A stretch of DNA of 64,000 bases, from NCBI GenBank assembly GCA_963711835.1, contig CAVQFQ010000015.1:108408-172407 (forward strand), given 5' to 3'. The notes below the pieces were generated by a model. The model did not search any database. It was not told the origin of the DNA and was given only the letters and a program-made list of their open reading frames with translations. Made by a program: the position numbers and the translations under genes. This DNA comes from an uncultured delta proteobacterium. Lineage in GTDB: Bacteria; Desulfobacterota; RBG-13-43-22. Below, one piece after another: positions 1-10,632 of this stretch (its first letter is position 1; every line of letters begins with the position of its first letter).

Positions 1-618
1 GCCCTATTCTTCCAGGCCGATGTCAGCCAGGAAAAGGCCATGGATGAAGTGGTTGGGAAAATAAAGGAAGCCTTCGGCGCCTTTCAGGTTGTGGTCAACT
101 GCGCCGGCATAGGCGGATCGGTTAAAGTTGTCGGCAAAGAAGGGGTCATGCCCCTGGAACGTTTTAACCGAACCGTCCAGATCAATCTGATCGGGACCTT
201 CAACGTCATTCGGGCTACGGCCCCATCCCTGATGGAAAATACGCCGAATGGGGAAGGGGAAAGAGGGGTGGTTATCAATACCGCCTCTATCGCGGCTTTT
301 GACGGGCAGGTCGGACAGGCCGCCTATTCTTCTTCGAAAGGCGGGGTAGTCTCCATGACCCTGCCCCTGGCCCGGGAATTTGCGGCCAACGGCATCCGCA
401 TCATGACCATCCTCCCGGGAATCATGGAAACACCCATGTTGGCCAGAATGGAGGACAAAATCAAAGACCGTCTGGCCCAGCAGGTGCCTTTTCCAGCTCG
501 TTTGGGCAGGCCCTCCGAATTCGCCTCTCTGGCCAGCCATATCATTCAGAACCCTTATCTGAATGGAGAGTTTATTCGATTGGACGGCGCCCTGCGCATG
601 GGCTTCGGGAGAAAATAA
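1..618 (+). CDS. 3-hydroxyacyl-CoA dehydrogenase type 2-like SDR (5' truncated by window)
   Basis: VNCAGIG, GERGVVINTASIAAFDGQVGQAAYSSSKGG (YxxxK), NPYLNGEFIRLDGALRM; Rossmann N-terminus lies upstream of the window. Confidence 0.9.
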   Translation, partial: ALFFQADVSQEKAMDEVVGKIKEAFGAFQVVVNCAGIGGSVKVVGKEGVMPLERFNRTVQINLIGTFNVIRATAPSLMENTPNGEGERGVVINTASIAAFDGQVGQAAYSSSKGGVVSMTLPLAREFAANGIRIMTILPGIMETPMLARMEDKIKDRLAQQVPFPARLGRPSEFASLASHIIQNPYLNGEFIRLDGALRMGFGRK

Positions 619-756
619 CAAGGGGGCTTCCCTTGGCCGAGATCCCCTGGTAGTTGAGGGTGGGGACTACGGAGGTGGCCCAGGCAATTAACCGGGAGGC
701 GATGAAAATTATTCAGACCCGAAGGACTTCGAGAGTCCTCCGGGCCCGCCATGGCT

Positions 757-3279
757 TTAGGAATTTTTTAGCAGTAACGGCAGGTAAAGATGATAAAAAT
801 CTTTTAAAAGAATTATCCGGGACTCGCCGGGGATGCCGTTGACGAAGACGGTCAGTAAGGCGTGGCCAAACGGAAAACCGGTGACCGCCGTCGAGGTATA
901 GGCGGTATCCGTGAAGGGATTGTTGGGATCCGGCGTAAGCCAGCGGACATGCTGGTTATCCAGGCGGTACAACTGAACCAGGGGATAGTTGGTGGCCGAA
1001 TTGATTGAGTTTCCGCCGGAACCCTCGGCCAAATTGTATCCCCGGAACCCGGTCCCGGTCACCGAAAGCTGCCTTCCCGGGAATAAAGGCGAGGTGGCGC
1101 CGGTTACCGTGGGGCGCCAGGATTCAGAAAAACCAAGGCCGAGATCATAGAGTTCTGAGACCTTTGTTCCTTCCATTACAGCTACGTCACCTCCGACTAC
1201 CAGCACTTTTCCGTTCGGAAGTAACGTGGAGGAGTGATGTTGCCGGCCGGTATTCAGATCGCCGGTGGCACTCCAGGTTCCTGAAGCCGGGCTATAGATT
1301 TCGGAGTAACTCAAGTTCCCAAACCCCCCGGTCACCAGGACCGTTCCGTTTGGAAGCAGCGTGGCCCGGTGCAGGGCGCGAGGATTTAGCAGGCTGCCCG
1401 TGGCGCTCCAGGTCCCAATTCCTGTATCCGGATCGAAAATTTCAACACTCGAGGAGGGGTTGCTACCAATCCAACCTCCGGCTATCAAGACTTTGCCATT
1501 CGGCAGAAGCGAAGCCGTTTGACTGTAATGGCCCGTCGAAAGGTTCCCCGTCAAGGTGCAATTCCCGGAAGCCGGATTGAAAATCTCGGCCGTATCCAGC
1601 GTGCTGCTGTTCCATCCCCCCGCTATCAGGACCCTGCCACTTGGCAATAACGTGGCTGTATGATAAGCCCTGGTACTATTAAGAGTGGTGGGTGCTGCCG
1701 TCCAGGTCCCCGAGGCTGGGTCATAGATTTCCAAGCTGTTCCAAAAATTACTCATGTTATTGGTTCCCCCCGCCACCAGTACTTTGCCGTTCGACAGCAA
1801 CGTGGCCGAATGACCGTAGCGAGGGGTTCCCATACTGGCAGTCGCACTCCAGGTCCCGGCTGTCGGGTCATACAGCTCGGCGCTTGACCGGACGTCGTTA
1901 ATGTAATGGAGATACCCCCCGGCTACCAAGACCTTGCCATTAGGCAGCAGGGTAGCCGTGTGTTCGGCCCGTGAGGAAATCAGGCTGCCGGTTTCACTCC
2001 AGGTGCCGTCACCCGGATCGTAAAGCTCGGCGCTGTCCATTGAAGTCCCGCCATTAGCCCCGCCCGAAACCAGGACTTTCCCATCAGGGAGTAGCGTCGC
2101 CTGGTGATAATACCTTCCATTCGACAGGCTTCCCGTGCTATTCCAGGCCCCTTCCGCATGATTTATAGATTTCGACGTCCGTCCAAACCCGAGATCCCGT
2201 TATACCCCCCCGTGCTCAGGACCCGACCATCCGGCAGTAGGGTAGACGATGGTTGGCCGATGGGGACAGGCAGGCTGGCGGTAGAACTCCAGAGCCCGGT
2301 ATCCGGGTCAAAGACCTCGGCACTGGCCAAAGGACTGAGGGGGCTGAGGCTGTTATATCCCCCCGTTACCAGGACTTTCCCGTTGGGCAGCATGGAGGCC
2401 GAATGAAGGGCTCGGACAGCGTTCAGATTATTCGAGGTTGGCGTCCAGGTCTTGGCGACCGGGTCATACAATTCGGCGCTGTTTAAACAGCCAGTATTGG
2501 TAGTTCCCCCGGAAACCAGAACTTTGTTGTTCGGTAAAAGCGTGGCGGTATGATAGTTCCGAGCAGTAGATAGAAAGGTTGTTTCGGTCCAGGTACCGTT
2601 GGGTCCGATTGCCGGATCATAGATTTCGGCGCTGTTCAGAGAACCCCCACCGGTAAGCATGTTATAGCCACCTGTAACGAGGACCCTCCCGTCGGATAAA
2701 AGCGTGGCATTGTGTACGTAACGGGAGGTAGTCATACTGTTGCTTGTTGGGGTCCAGGTATCGGTTGCCGGATCGTAGATCTCAGCGCCGGACAGATAGT
2801 CACTCCCGGTCCAGCCCCCAACGACCAAAACCCTGCCATTCAGCAAAAGGGTGGCGGTGTGCCCGTAACGTATATTACTCATGCTCCTTGCCGGACCCCA
2901 GGTCCCGGTGGCCGGGTCGTAGATTTCAGCTACTCTGAAGCGAGTTACTCCCATTGTACCCACCGGCTATCAGGACGTTGCCGTTAGGCATCAGCGTAGC
3001 CGTGTGAGAACCGCGTGAGCCCGACATGGCGCCTGTCGGACTCCAGGTCCCGGTGGCCGGATCATACAACTCGGCGCTGTTTAAAAAGCTGCCGTTACTC
3101 CCACCGGCGACCAGAACCTGCCCGTTAGGCAGCAGCGTAACCGTGTGTCCGCTGCGGGCCGTGGCCATAGGGTTAAGGCTCGTCCAGGAGGCCGCTTCTA
3201 CTGGTGCGGCCAGTGGCGATAGGGCACTTAGCCCCAGCAGGACCAATAAAACAGTTAGAGAACGAAATGGAAATTTCAT
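757..3279 (-). CDS. Secreted kelch-repeat protein (14 repeats) with C-terminal Ig-like domain; frameshifted near 2930-2960 and 2165-2185
   Basis: Signal peptide MKFPFRSLTVLLVLLGLSALSPLAAPVEA; repeated RxxHTATLLPNGKVLVAGG...AELYDP across ORFs 2926-3279, 2163-2963 and 757-2040, the last extending upstream in frame. Confidence 0.85.
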
Positions 3280-3464
3280 AACCTTCCTCCGATATTAATT
3301 ATTCCTAATTGAGGGCAGGTTATAAAATTGTTGTGAAGCAAGTCAAGAAGATAAATAGATCGAGGGGACATCCTATAATCTTCCTGTCAAGGCCTTTTTA
3401 AATCAGGAAAATATTGCAAAACCAGGCCGTATCCATTAACAATAAGAAAAGAAAGGAATGCCGG

Positions 3465-4304
3465 ATGGACAAATTAATCATTACCGCAGCCTTGACCGGC
3501 GCGTCTCCTACCAAGGAGCAAAATCCCCATGTCCCTTACAGCCCGGCTGAAATTGCGGCTGAGGCCCTGCGATGCTGCCGGGCCGGGGCGGCTATCGTGC
3601 ATATCCACGTCCGAGACCCGCAGAGCGGGAAACCCGCCTTTGAAAGAGCGCTTTTTGCCGAAGTGGTCGAACGCATCCGGGGGGAAACGGATCTGCTCAT
3701 CAACCTGACGACCAGCGCCTTCAATCTGACCGGACCGGATGTGGGCCGCCGTCGTCTCATGCCCTTGGAGATGAAGCCCGATTTGTGTTCTCTCGATGTG
3801 GGCAGTCTTAATTTCCGGGAGGGGCGGGTCTTTGTCAATCCCCCGGACTGGGTGGAAACGGCCGCCGTCGAGATACGTAAAGCCGGAGTAAAGCCTGAAC
3901 TGGAGGTCTTTGACCTGGGCCATATCCGCCAGGCCGTTGATCTGCTGAGGCAAGGCCTGCTGGATCCCCCAGCCTATTTTCAACTCTGTCTGGGTGTGCC
4001 CTGGGGTATCTATGGCGACATCGAAGGCCTCCTGGCCATGAAAAACCGGCTGCCCGAAGAAAGCCAATGGTCCGTTATGGGGGTGGGACCATTACAACTT
4101 CCTTTGACGACCCACGCCTTGCTCCTGGGAGGACATATCCGGGTCGGTTTTGAAGACAACCTTTACCTGAGCCGCGGGCTGAAAGCCGATTCCAATGCCC
4201 GCTTTGTGGAACGGGCGGTAGCCCTGGCCGGACTTCTGGGGCGGGAAGTCGCTTCCTGCAGCGAAGCCCGGCGAATCCTCAATCTACCCGATAGGGAGAA
4301 ATAA
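3465..4304 (+). CDS. 3-keto-5-aminohexanoate cleavage enzyme family (BKACE/DUF849)
   Basis: KLIITAALTGA, AGAAIVHIHVRDP, KPELEVFD, GGHIRVGFEDNLY; ATG 3465 after AAGGA. Confidence 0.92.
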   Translation: MDKLIITAALTGASPTKEQNPHVPYSPAEIAAEALRCCRAGAAIVHIHVRDPQSGKPAFERALFAEVVERIRGETDLLINLTTSAFNLTGPDVGRRRLMPLEMKPDLCSLDVGSLNFREGRVFVNPPDWVETAAVEIRKAGVKPELEVFDLGHIRQAVDLLRQGLLDPPAYFQLCLGVPWGIYGDIEGLLAMKNRLPEESQWSVMGVGPLQLPLTTHALLLGGHIRVGFEDNLYLSRGLKADSNARFVERAVALAGLLGREVASCSEARRILNLPDREK

Positions 4305-4332
4305 GCATACCCGGTGCCGGGATCATGAGGAG

Positions 4333-5130
4333 ATGGATATGGATTTAGGATTGAAAGACCGGGTGGCCCTGGTCTGCGGGGCCAGCAAAGGCTTGGGCCG
4401 GGCCGTGGCCGAAGGTCTGGCCCGGGAAGGGGCCGGACTGGCCATCTGCTCCCGGAGCGAGGAAAACATCCGGAAGGCCGCTTCGGAGATTTCAAACCAA
4501 AACAGCGTCGAGGTCTTAGGCTTGGCCGCGGACCTGTCGCGGGCTGAAGAGGCCGGCCAATTTTTTAAAAAAGCCCTGGACTATTTCGGTCGGATCGATA
4601 TCCTGATCACCAATGCCGGGGGCCCTCCCTCCCTGCCTTTCAGCGAGATCAGCGACGAGCAGTGGGAGAACGCTTTTCATTTGACTCTGATGAGCGCGGT
4701 TGTTTTGATCCGGGCGGTTTTGCCCGAAATGGAGCAACGGAAATTCGGCCGGATCGTCAACCTGACCTCCGTGGCCGTTAAACAACCCATCGAAGGCTTG
4801 ATCCTTTCCAACACCCTGCGCTCCGGACTGGTCGGTCTGGCCAAGACCCTGTCCGCGACCTATGCTTCAGCCAACATTACCATCAATAATGTCTGTCCCG
4901 GATTCACCCTGACGGAACGAGTTAAAGAACTTTCCGAAGTGGTTGCTCAACGGAAAGGCATTGCCCCCGACCAGGTGATCCGGGAATGGGAGACCCAGAT
5001 CCCAATGGGACGGATGGGCCGGCCGGAGGAACTGGCCGATCTGGTGGTTTTTTTGGCTTCGGAAAAAGCCGGCTATATCACCGGGACCACTATTCAGGTT
5101 GATGGGGGATACTATCGGGGATTGATGTAG
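4333..5130 (+). CDS. SDR family oxidoreductase
   Basis: GASKGLG, TNAGGPP, SNTLR variant active site, GYITGTTIQVDGG. Confidence 0.9.
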   Translation: MDMDLGLKDRVALVCGASKGLGRAVAEGLAREGAGLAICSRSEENIRKAASEISNQNSVEVLGLAADLSRAEEAGQFFKKALDYFGRIDILITNAGGPPSLPFSEISDEQWENAFHLTLMSAVVLIRAVLPEMEQRKFGRIVNLTSVAVKQPIEGLILSNTLRSGLVGLAKTLSATYASANITINNVCPGFTLTERVKELSEVVAQRKGIAPDQVIREWETQIPMGRMGRPEELADLVVFLASEKAGYITGTTIQVDGGYYRGLM

Positions 5131-5726
5131 GGCCGGCGGACGAAATCACCGGATACAATTCGGCTCAGAGGAGGGTCATGACCGCCCCTGAGGTTAAGGG
5201 CATGGTCAGATTGTCGTCCGGTCCGAAAGGCAGGGCTTCTGCTGCGGCAGCCACGACAGCCCCGATCAAGACTTTCCAGAAAGGCACCAGGGAGAGAGCT
5301 AGACCAATAGCTCATACAGGCGCCCAGACAGGCCAGACTGCCCTCCAGGGATTTTCCAGGGAAAAGAGGGATGCGGCCCCAGCGGGAACCGACCAGGGCA
5401 GCCGCCGTATCGCCCAGGATCATAAAGGTCAAGGCTAAGACGGCGATCGGTTTGGGATAGAAGGCCACTGACAAAAAGGACGAAAGCAACAAATAACTGG
5501 AACCGGTCAGGGATTTTTTCTTTTCTTTTTGCCTGATTACCGGATTAAAAATGCGGCTCAACTTTTCATTCCAGGAAGGAATAATCAAGCGCAAGGCATC
5601 CCCGGTAATCCAAAGGGATGCGATGAGGCCCAGAACCCACAAAGCCGTTGAGGAGGAGACCAGCCAAACCCCTATGGGGATGGCCAAGGCGGAAAGGTGG
5701 ATCGCTTTTCTTTTAACTTCGTTCAA
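5112..5726 (-). CDS. Diacylglycerol/polyprenol (dolichol/phytol) kinase family membrane protein; C-terminal frameshift
   Basis: [30 protein letters not shown] motifs; hydrophobic segments. Confidence 0.8.
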   Translation of the reverse strand: MNEVKRKAIHLSALAIPIGVWLVSSSTALWVLGLIASLWITGDALRLIIPSWNEKLSRIFNPVIRQKEKKKSLTGSSYLLLSSFLSVAFYPKPIAVLALTFMILGDTAAALVGSRWGRIPLFPGKSLEGSLACLGACMSYWSSSLPGAFLESLDRGCRGCRSRSPAFRTGRQSDHALNLRGGHDPPLSRIVSGDFVRRPYINPR

Positions 5727-5749
5727 CTATTCCCCGTAAAGGAGGCCCA

Positions 5750-6256
5750 ATGGACCTGACCGTTTTTGAATCTATGGATAACACACAGATGAAAAGTTAC
5801 CTGGAATTTTTACTTTGGCATTACCGGGTGGTGGATGCCTTCTGGTTTCTTTATGTGGCCGAGAAGTTCGACCAGCCCACAGCGGAACGGATCAACGAAA
5901 GGGTTTGGGCCCGGGTTCCGCGGATGGCGGCCAAAGATCTGATCAAACGATTTGACATCCAGGATAAGGGCCTCCAGGGATTTGTCAAGGCCCTGAGGCT
6001 ATTCCCCTGGACCATCCTGGTCGGTTATGAAATCGAGGCGAAGCAGGATGAGGTCATCATCACCGTTCCCCACTGCGCCACCCAGGAGGCCCGGCTGAAA
6101 CGGGGATTAAATGAGTTCGTCTGTAAAGACATGCACAAAGGAGAATTTGAAAGCTTTGCCCATGAAATCGATCCGGCCATTCGGGTTGAATGTCTCTTCG
6201 CCCCTCCGGATCCCCATCCCGAGGAACTGTTCTGCAAGTGGCGGTTTACCTTATGA
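5750..6256 (+). CDS. DUF6125-like protein
   Basis: [48 protein letters not shown]; AGGAGG RBS. Confidence 0.75.
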   Translation: MDLTVFESMDNTQMKSYLEFLLWHYRVVDAFWFLYVAEKFDQPTAERINERVWARVPRMAAKDLIKRFDIQDKGLQGFVKALRLFPWTILVGYEIEAKQDEVIITVPHCATQEARLKRGLNEFVCKDMHKGEFESFAHEIDPAIRVECLFAPPDPHPEELFCKWRFTL

Positions 6257-6321
6257 CGCCTTTAAGGACTTGGCTCCCCCCACTCCTTTAGGGCTGAAAA
6301 AGGCCGCACCTGAGAGACCAT

Positions 6322-7389
6322 TTATTTCAGACTGATGGCCTTCTCCGGACAAATTTCCTGACAGCAAAAACAGGTGATGCAGGTCTCGGCGTCCACGCGA
6401 GGGAGGTCGTCAGCCATGGACAAGGCCGATACCGGACACTGCTCGACGCAGGTGCCGCAACCGGTGCATAAGGCCGGATCGGCCTGGGGGCGCAAGAGTA
6501 ATCGGCTTCGGAACATGGCTTGGATAGGCGTATCGGAAAGAATCGCTTCGCCACCCAGCGGAGGAAGCTTGAAATCGGGCACGGGTTTCAGCACTCCCAG
6601 GATTTCGATGGTGCTGATATCGTAATCCCCCAGGCCCGCCTCCTTGGCCTTTTGCAGGAACCGCAGCCGCCCCGGTTCACAGCCCATCATGGCCGCCATA
6701 ACCGCATCCAGGGCCACGGCGTTGTCGGAGGCCAGGATCAGTCCGATATTTCTGAGGTCAGGGGACGCCGGACCGTTGCCCTCCATGCCGACCACGGCAT
6801 CCACCAGAAAGAGATCGGGTACCCGGAGCCGGAAGACCTCAACCACCATGTCATTGAATCGTTCGGGGCTGCCGGCCGCTTTATGCAGCTTGGCTTTCTG
6901 GGCTCCGGGTAAAAAACCGTAACTGTTTTTTATGGCCCCGGTGACTACGGTCAGGCCGTGGGTTTTGAACTTCGGCAGGCTGATGATAATATCGGCTTCC
7001 AGGATGATACGGGAGAGGCTCACCCTGGGCATAAAAGCGGGATTGAAATCAACCTGCACCGAATCGGTTCCGATATTCCGATAATAGCCTTTGGCGGCAT
7101 CCATCAGACCGGTTCTTTTAAAGCTGGCCTCATTGGCCCCATAGCTGAAAAGTCCCGGATTGTCGCCCACCACGATAGAGGCCGGTCCCATGGTTTCGAC
7201 CTGGTCCACTACGGCCCGAAGGACCGCCGGATGGGTCACCAGCCCTTCTTCGGCCTCCGATTCCCGAAGGACATTGGGCTTTATCAGGACTTTTTTCCCC
7301 TGCAGGTCCAGGGGGAAGAGTTCAAAGGCGCGCTCTACTGCCGGCCGGACATTTTCATAGGCAGCCGGATGAATCATGACTTTAGACAA
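6322..7389 (-). CDS. DUF362 domain protein with C-terminal 2x[4Fe-4S] ferredoxin domain
   Basis: VLIKPN, THPAV, SLPKFKTH, GMEGNGP; CTGCGTCVEQCP and CITCFCCQEICP; TTG start after GAGGAGG. Confidence 0.88.
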   Translation of the reverse strand: MSKVMIHPAAYENVRPAVERAFELFPLDLQGKKVLIKPNVLRESEAEEGLVTHPAVLRAVVDQVETMGPASIVVGDNPGLFSYGANEASFKRTGLMDAAKGYYRNIGTDSVQVDFNPAFMPRVSLSRIILEADIIISLPKFKTHGLTVVTGAIKNSYGFLPGAQKAKLHKAAGSPERFNDMVVEVFRLRVPDLFLVDAVVGMEGNGPASPDLRNIGLILASDNAVALDAVMAAMMGCEPGRLRFLQKAKEAGLGDYDISTIEILGVLKPVPDFKLPPLGGEAILSDTPIQAMFRSRLLLRPQADPALCTGCGTCVEQCPVSALSMADDLPRVDAETCITCFCCQEICPEKAISLK

Positions 7390-7446
7390 AGTGTATTCCT
7401 CCTCAGGGTTTTTCGGATGGAGCGAAAAACCGGCCAATAATTTTTT

Positions 7447-7754
7447 GGTATCGTTCAAAAGTTTCGGGATAAGCGCATTATGGCCTAACCAGGGGACCGG
7501 GGGTCTCGATTTCAAGGCTTGTCCAAAGGGTGATCCTTCCCGCCAATCCGGCCCAGATTTCTATGTTGGTTTAGAGCCGGGCATTCACCCAACCGAACAA
7601 ACAGCTTTGGTGTAGGCCTATTTAAGGCATTATCGTCAACCTTCCAGCCCGGTTTCAAAGTGAGGCGTTTATGGTGGACAACCTTGAAATCGAGACCCCC
7701 GGTCCCCTTCCATCGGGTATCAGAAATATAATGGTACCACTTTTGAACGATACA
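7447..7754. mobile_element. MITE-like non-autonomous element (308 bp)
   Basis: Terminal IR GTATCGTTCAAAAGT 7448-7462/7739-7753; inner ~35-bp IR 7491-7525/7675-7708; 8-bp direct repeat AATTTTTT at 7439-7446 and 7755-7762. Confidence 0.75.
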
Positions 7755-7934
7755 AATTTTTTACGGATAAAAAGAATAAATTAGGGGAATAGCAGAGTCA
7801 AGGAAGAATTTGGAGGCTAATCAGGAACGGCCTGCGGACTTTGGGTTATTGGATGATCCGGGTGTTTTTTGTTTCCATCGGCAGCAAAAAGGTTTATAAT
7901 TAATTTTTATTATGCGCTTATGGAGGATTTAAAG

Positions 7935-8993
7935 ATGAAAACAAAAAAAATAGGTTGTGCCCTAATCGGTTTTTCTCTTTTCCTGGCCTGGGGAATACAG
8001 CCGTTGGAGGCCGGTACGTCGATAAAAAAATTGGGAACAGCCCCCTTTTTTAAGGCCAAAGCGCTCAAAGCGGACCAGGTGCTTCCGATCCTTACCCGGT
8101 TAAAAAAGGATGTTAAACTGGGTTTTTCCCAGGCCGGAGCGGAGGCGCTTTATGAGCCTTTTATGAAACAGCTCCAGGCCCAAAAGCCGGAAACGGTCAG
8201 CATCCAGCCCGGTCAGACGCTGCAGTGGATGATTTACAAGAAAAAAGGAAAGGTCCGGATCACCAGGGATCGGATCTGGGCCGGCAAAGCCCCCTTTGAG
8301 GCCTATCGGGTCGTGGTTCGACATAACGATCATGATTACGATTTTATCCTGCCTAAAATCTGTCTCAACATCACCTTAAAGGTAACCGAGGTAACCAAGG
8401 TCCCGGCGCCCACCATGGCGCCCAAACCCTCCGAGGCCCCCAAGACCGTGGCCCCGACTCCGCCGTCTGTTTCCCAGGCCCCCCCGGTAAAAGAACCGGA
8501 GACAAAAACTCCAGCAGCCGCTGCCCCTTCTGCGGTTACACCTGTGCCGGACCGGGAACCTGAAAAACCGAAGGCGGAAGCTAAAAAGTGCTTTTTCGTC
8601 GGGGATATCGGGTTGATGGCCCGGATAGACCCGTCCTGGTTCGGACTGGCCCGGGCGGGATACAGGTACAAGTTTACCGATCAGTTGGCTTTAACCGGCT
8701 TAGTGGGGGGCGCCTTCTTGCTCGACGGAGAGGACGACCACCCGGCCTTGCTGGCGGATCTTCTATTCACTTATTACCCGGTCTCAAAATTTTTCCTGGG
8801 GGCCGGAGTGGGGTTATGGTCATCCAGTCAGGATTCCAAAGCCGATCTGATCCTGGAAATCGGGCTCCCCTTAACAAATTCCTCTAAAGGCCCTAATTTT
8901 GAATTGTTCCTGGAAGGCCGTTCGGCTTTTGACCAGATGGGCGATTATGACAAGTACGGGCGGGCCGCCTTAGGATTGCGGATTCTTTTTTAA
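7935..8993 (+). CDS. Exported protein with Pro/Ala-rich linker and probable C-terminal outer-membrane beta-barrel
   Basis: Signal peptide, PAPTMAPKPSEAPK linker, alternating beta-strands, terminal Phe (LGLRILF); GGAGG RBS. Confidence 0.7.
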   Translation: MKTKKIGCALIGFSLFLAWGIQPLEAGTSIKKLGTAPFFKAKALKADQVLPILTRLKKDVKLGFSQAGAEALYEPFMKQLQAQKPETVSIQPGQTLQWMIYKKKGKVRITRDRIWAGKAPFEAYRVVVRHNDHDYDFILPKICLNITLKVTEVTKVPAPTMAPKPSEAPKTVAPTPPSVSQAPPVKEPETKTPAAAAPSAVTPVPDREPEKPKAEAKKCFFVGDIGLMARIDPSWFGLARAGYRYKFTDQLALTGLVGGAFLLDGEDDHPALLADLLFTYYPVSKFFLGAGVGLWSSSQDSKADLILEIGLPLTNSSKGPNFELFLEGRSAFDQMGDYDKYGRAALGLRILF

Positions 8994-9018
8994 TCCGCCT
9001 TTTCCCATTCCATTAGTC

Positions 9019-9053
9019 GAAAGGGCAAGGGGAGATGTTCCCCTTGCCCTTTC
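9019..9053. terminator. Intrinsic terminator hairpin between convergent genes
   Basis: GAAAGGGCAAGGGGA-gatgt-TCCCCTTGCCCTTTC. Confidence 0.8.
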
Positions 9054-9093
9054 ATTTTAGGGATCTTATCGGTTTGGCTTAGATAAGGTTTTT

Positions 9094-9327
9094 TTATTCA
9101 AAAGGGTTATAACCCGGTTTTTTATAGAGACGGTCCTGATGGTTCATGATATCCGGCCGGTAAACTTTCTCGGGCCAATCGCTTTTTTCAATTTCCTCAA
9201 AGGCCACAGTCACTAACTTTTCCTCACAGATGAGAATTTCCATGACGTCCTTGGTTATCTCTTCCGTCAGGCGTTTTTTCTGCTCTTCCGTTCTTCCGGG
9301 ATAGAGTTTCACGATTACATGCGGCAT
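9094..9327 (-). CDS. 4-oxalocrotonate tautomerase family (PptA-like)
   Basis: N-terminal catalytic Pro ([18 protein letters not shown]); 77 aa. Confidence 0.88.
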   Translation of the reverse strand: MPHVIVKLYPGRTEEQKKRLTEEITKDVMEILICEEKLVTVAFEEIEKSDWPEKVYRPDIMNHQDRLYKKPGYNPFE

Positions 9328-9578
9328 TTCCTGGCCCTCCTTTCAATAATCGGGTTGCAATCAGGGACTCGTCCAATTCTAAAAACTTTATCCGGGATCG
9401 GGTGCCTTGTCAAATGATTCCATTGCCCATTCCTTTCTCGGGAAAGAGGAAATTGCCCGGGTTTAAAAGGTATTTGCAACTATAATAAAGGTATGCTATA
9501 GCTTCAGAATTCCAACGCCCGAATAAAAAACAACTTTTTTGTAAAAACTTCATTGCGCCTCGCACCTTACGGGTTTAA

Positions 9579-10466
9579 TTGATGGAAATGATCCTGCAAA
9601 TCGTCGTCAGCGGCCTGGCTACCGGCGGGATTTACGGCCTGATCGCCCTGGGCTTTGTGCTGATCTATAAAGCCACCAGCGTCCTGAATCTGGCCATGGG
9701 TGATTTCATGACCTTAGGGGCCTTCCTCTGTCTGACCGTTCTGACCCAATTTCAGGCCCCCTTCTATGTGGCTTTCCTGGTTACCCTGATTTGCGCCTTT
9801 GTCTTGGGGGTGGCCGTGGAACGGATCATCCTGAGGCCGCTGATCGGCGAGCCGGTTATTTCGGTGATCATGGTCACCATCGGTTTGGGTGTGATGCTGC
9901 GAGGGATCATGTACATGGTCTGGACCCCCGTCTTTCGCAACTTTCCGCAGATATTCCCCCCCCAACCGCTCAACCTGGGCTTTGCGATCGTTCCCTCCGG
10001 TCTGCTCTGGGGGTTTATCTTTGCCATTATCGGGACCTTTGTCTTTCTGTTCATCTTTAAATTTTCCCGGACCGGGGTGGCCATGCGGGCTACGGCCAAC
10101 GACCAGCAGGCTGCTCAATCCATGGGCATCAACGTCCGCTGGGTCTTCGCCCTGGCCTGGAGTTTCGGCGCCATCGCTTCGGTGATCGGAGGGATCGTCA
10201 TCGGCAATATAACCGGCATCAGCGTCTACATGGGGGATATCGGGCTCAAGGTCCTGGCCGTCCTCATCTTGGGCGGATTGGACAGCATCGGAGGCGCCAT
10301 CCTGGGCGGGTTTATCATCGGGGTCCTGGAAAATCTGGCCGGTTTCTATATCGATCCCTTAGTGGGAGGGGGAATAAAAAATGTCGCTCCCTTCTTTATC
10401 CTGGTCCTGATTCTTATTTTCCGACCTTATGGACTGTTCGGTAAGAAGCTGATTGAACGGGTTTAA
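9579..10466 (+). CDS. livH: Branched-chain amino acid-type ABC permease
   Basis: GLIALGFVLIYKA, TGVAMRATA, ILGGLDSIGGAILGG, RPYGLFG. Confidence 0.9.
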   Translation: MMEMILQIVVSGLATGGIYGLIALGFVLIYKATSVLNLAMGDFMTLGAFLCLTVLTQFQAPFYVAFLVTLICAFVLGVAVERIILRPLIGEPVISVIMVTIGLGVMLRGIMYMVWTPVFRNFPQIFPPQPLNLGFAIVPSGLLWGFIFAIIGTFVFLFIFKFSRTGVAMRATANDQQAAQSMGINVRWVFALAWSFGAIASVIGGIVIGNITGISVYMGDIGLKVLAVLILGGLDSIGGAILGGFIIGVLENLAGFYIDPLVGGGIKNVAPFFILVLILIFRPYGLFGKKLIERV

Positions 10467-10472
10467 AAAGGC

Positions 10473-10620
10473 GGATACTAGATGCTGGATACTGGATAAA
10501 AACAAAAACAATGCTTGATGAATACAAACAGCGGGGTCGGCAAATATTACTTTCCAACAGGGACGTGACTTATTGTAGTTATCCAGTATCCAGTATCGTT
10601 TTTCGCCTTTATCGAGTATC
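10473..10620. repeat. Inverted GGATACT heptamer-repeat element
   Basis: GGATACT AGATGCT GGATACT GGATA ... TATCCAGTATCCAGTATC. Confidence 0.75.
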
Positions 10621-10632
10621 AGGGTCTTAAAA

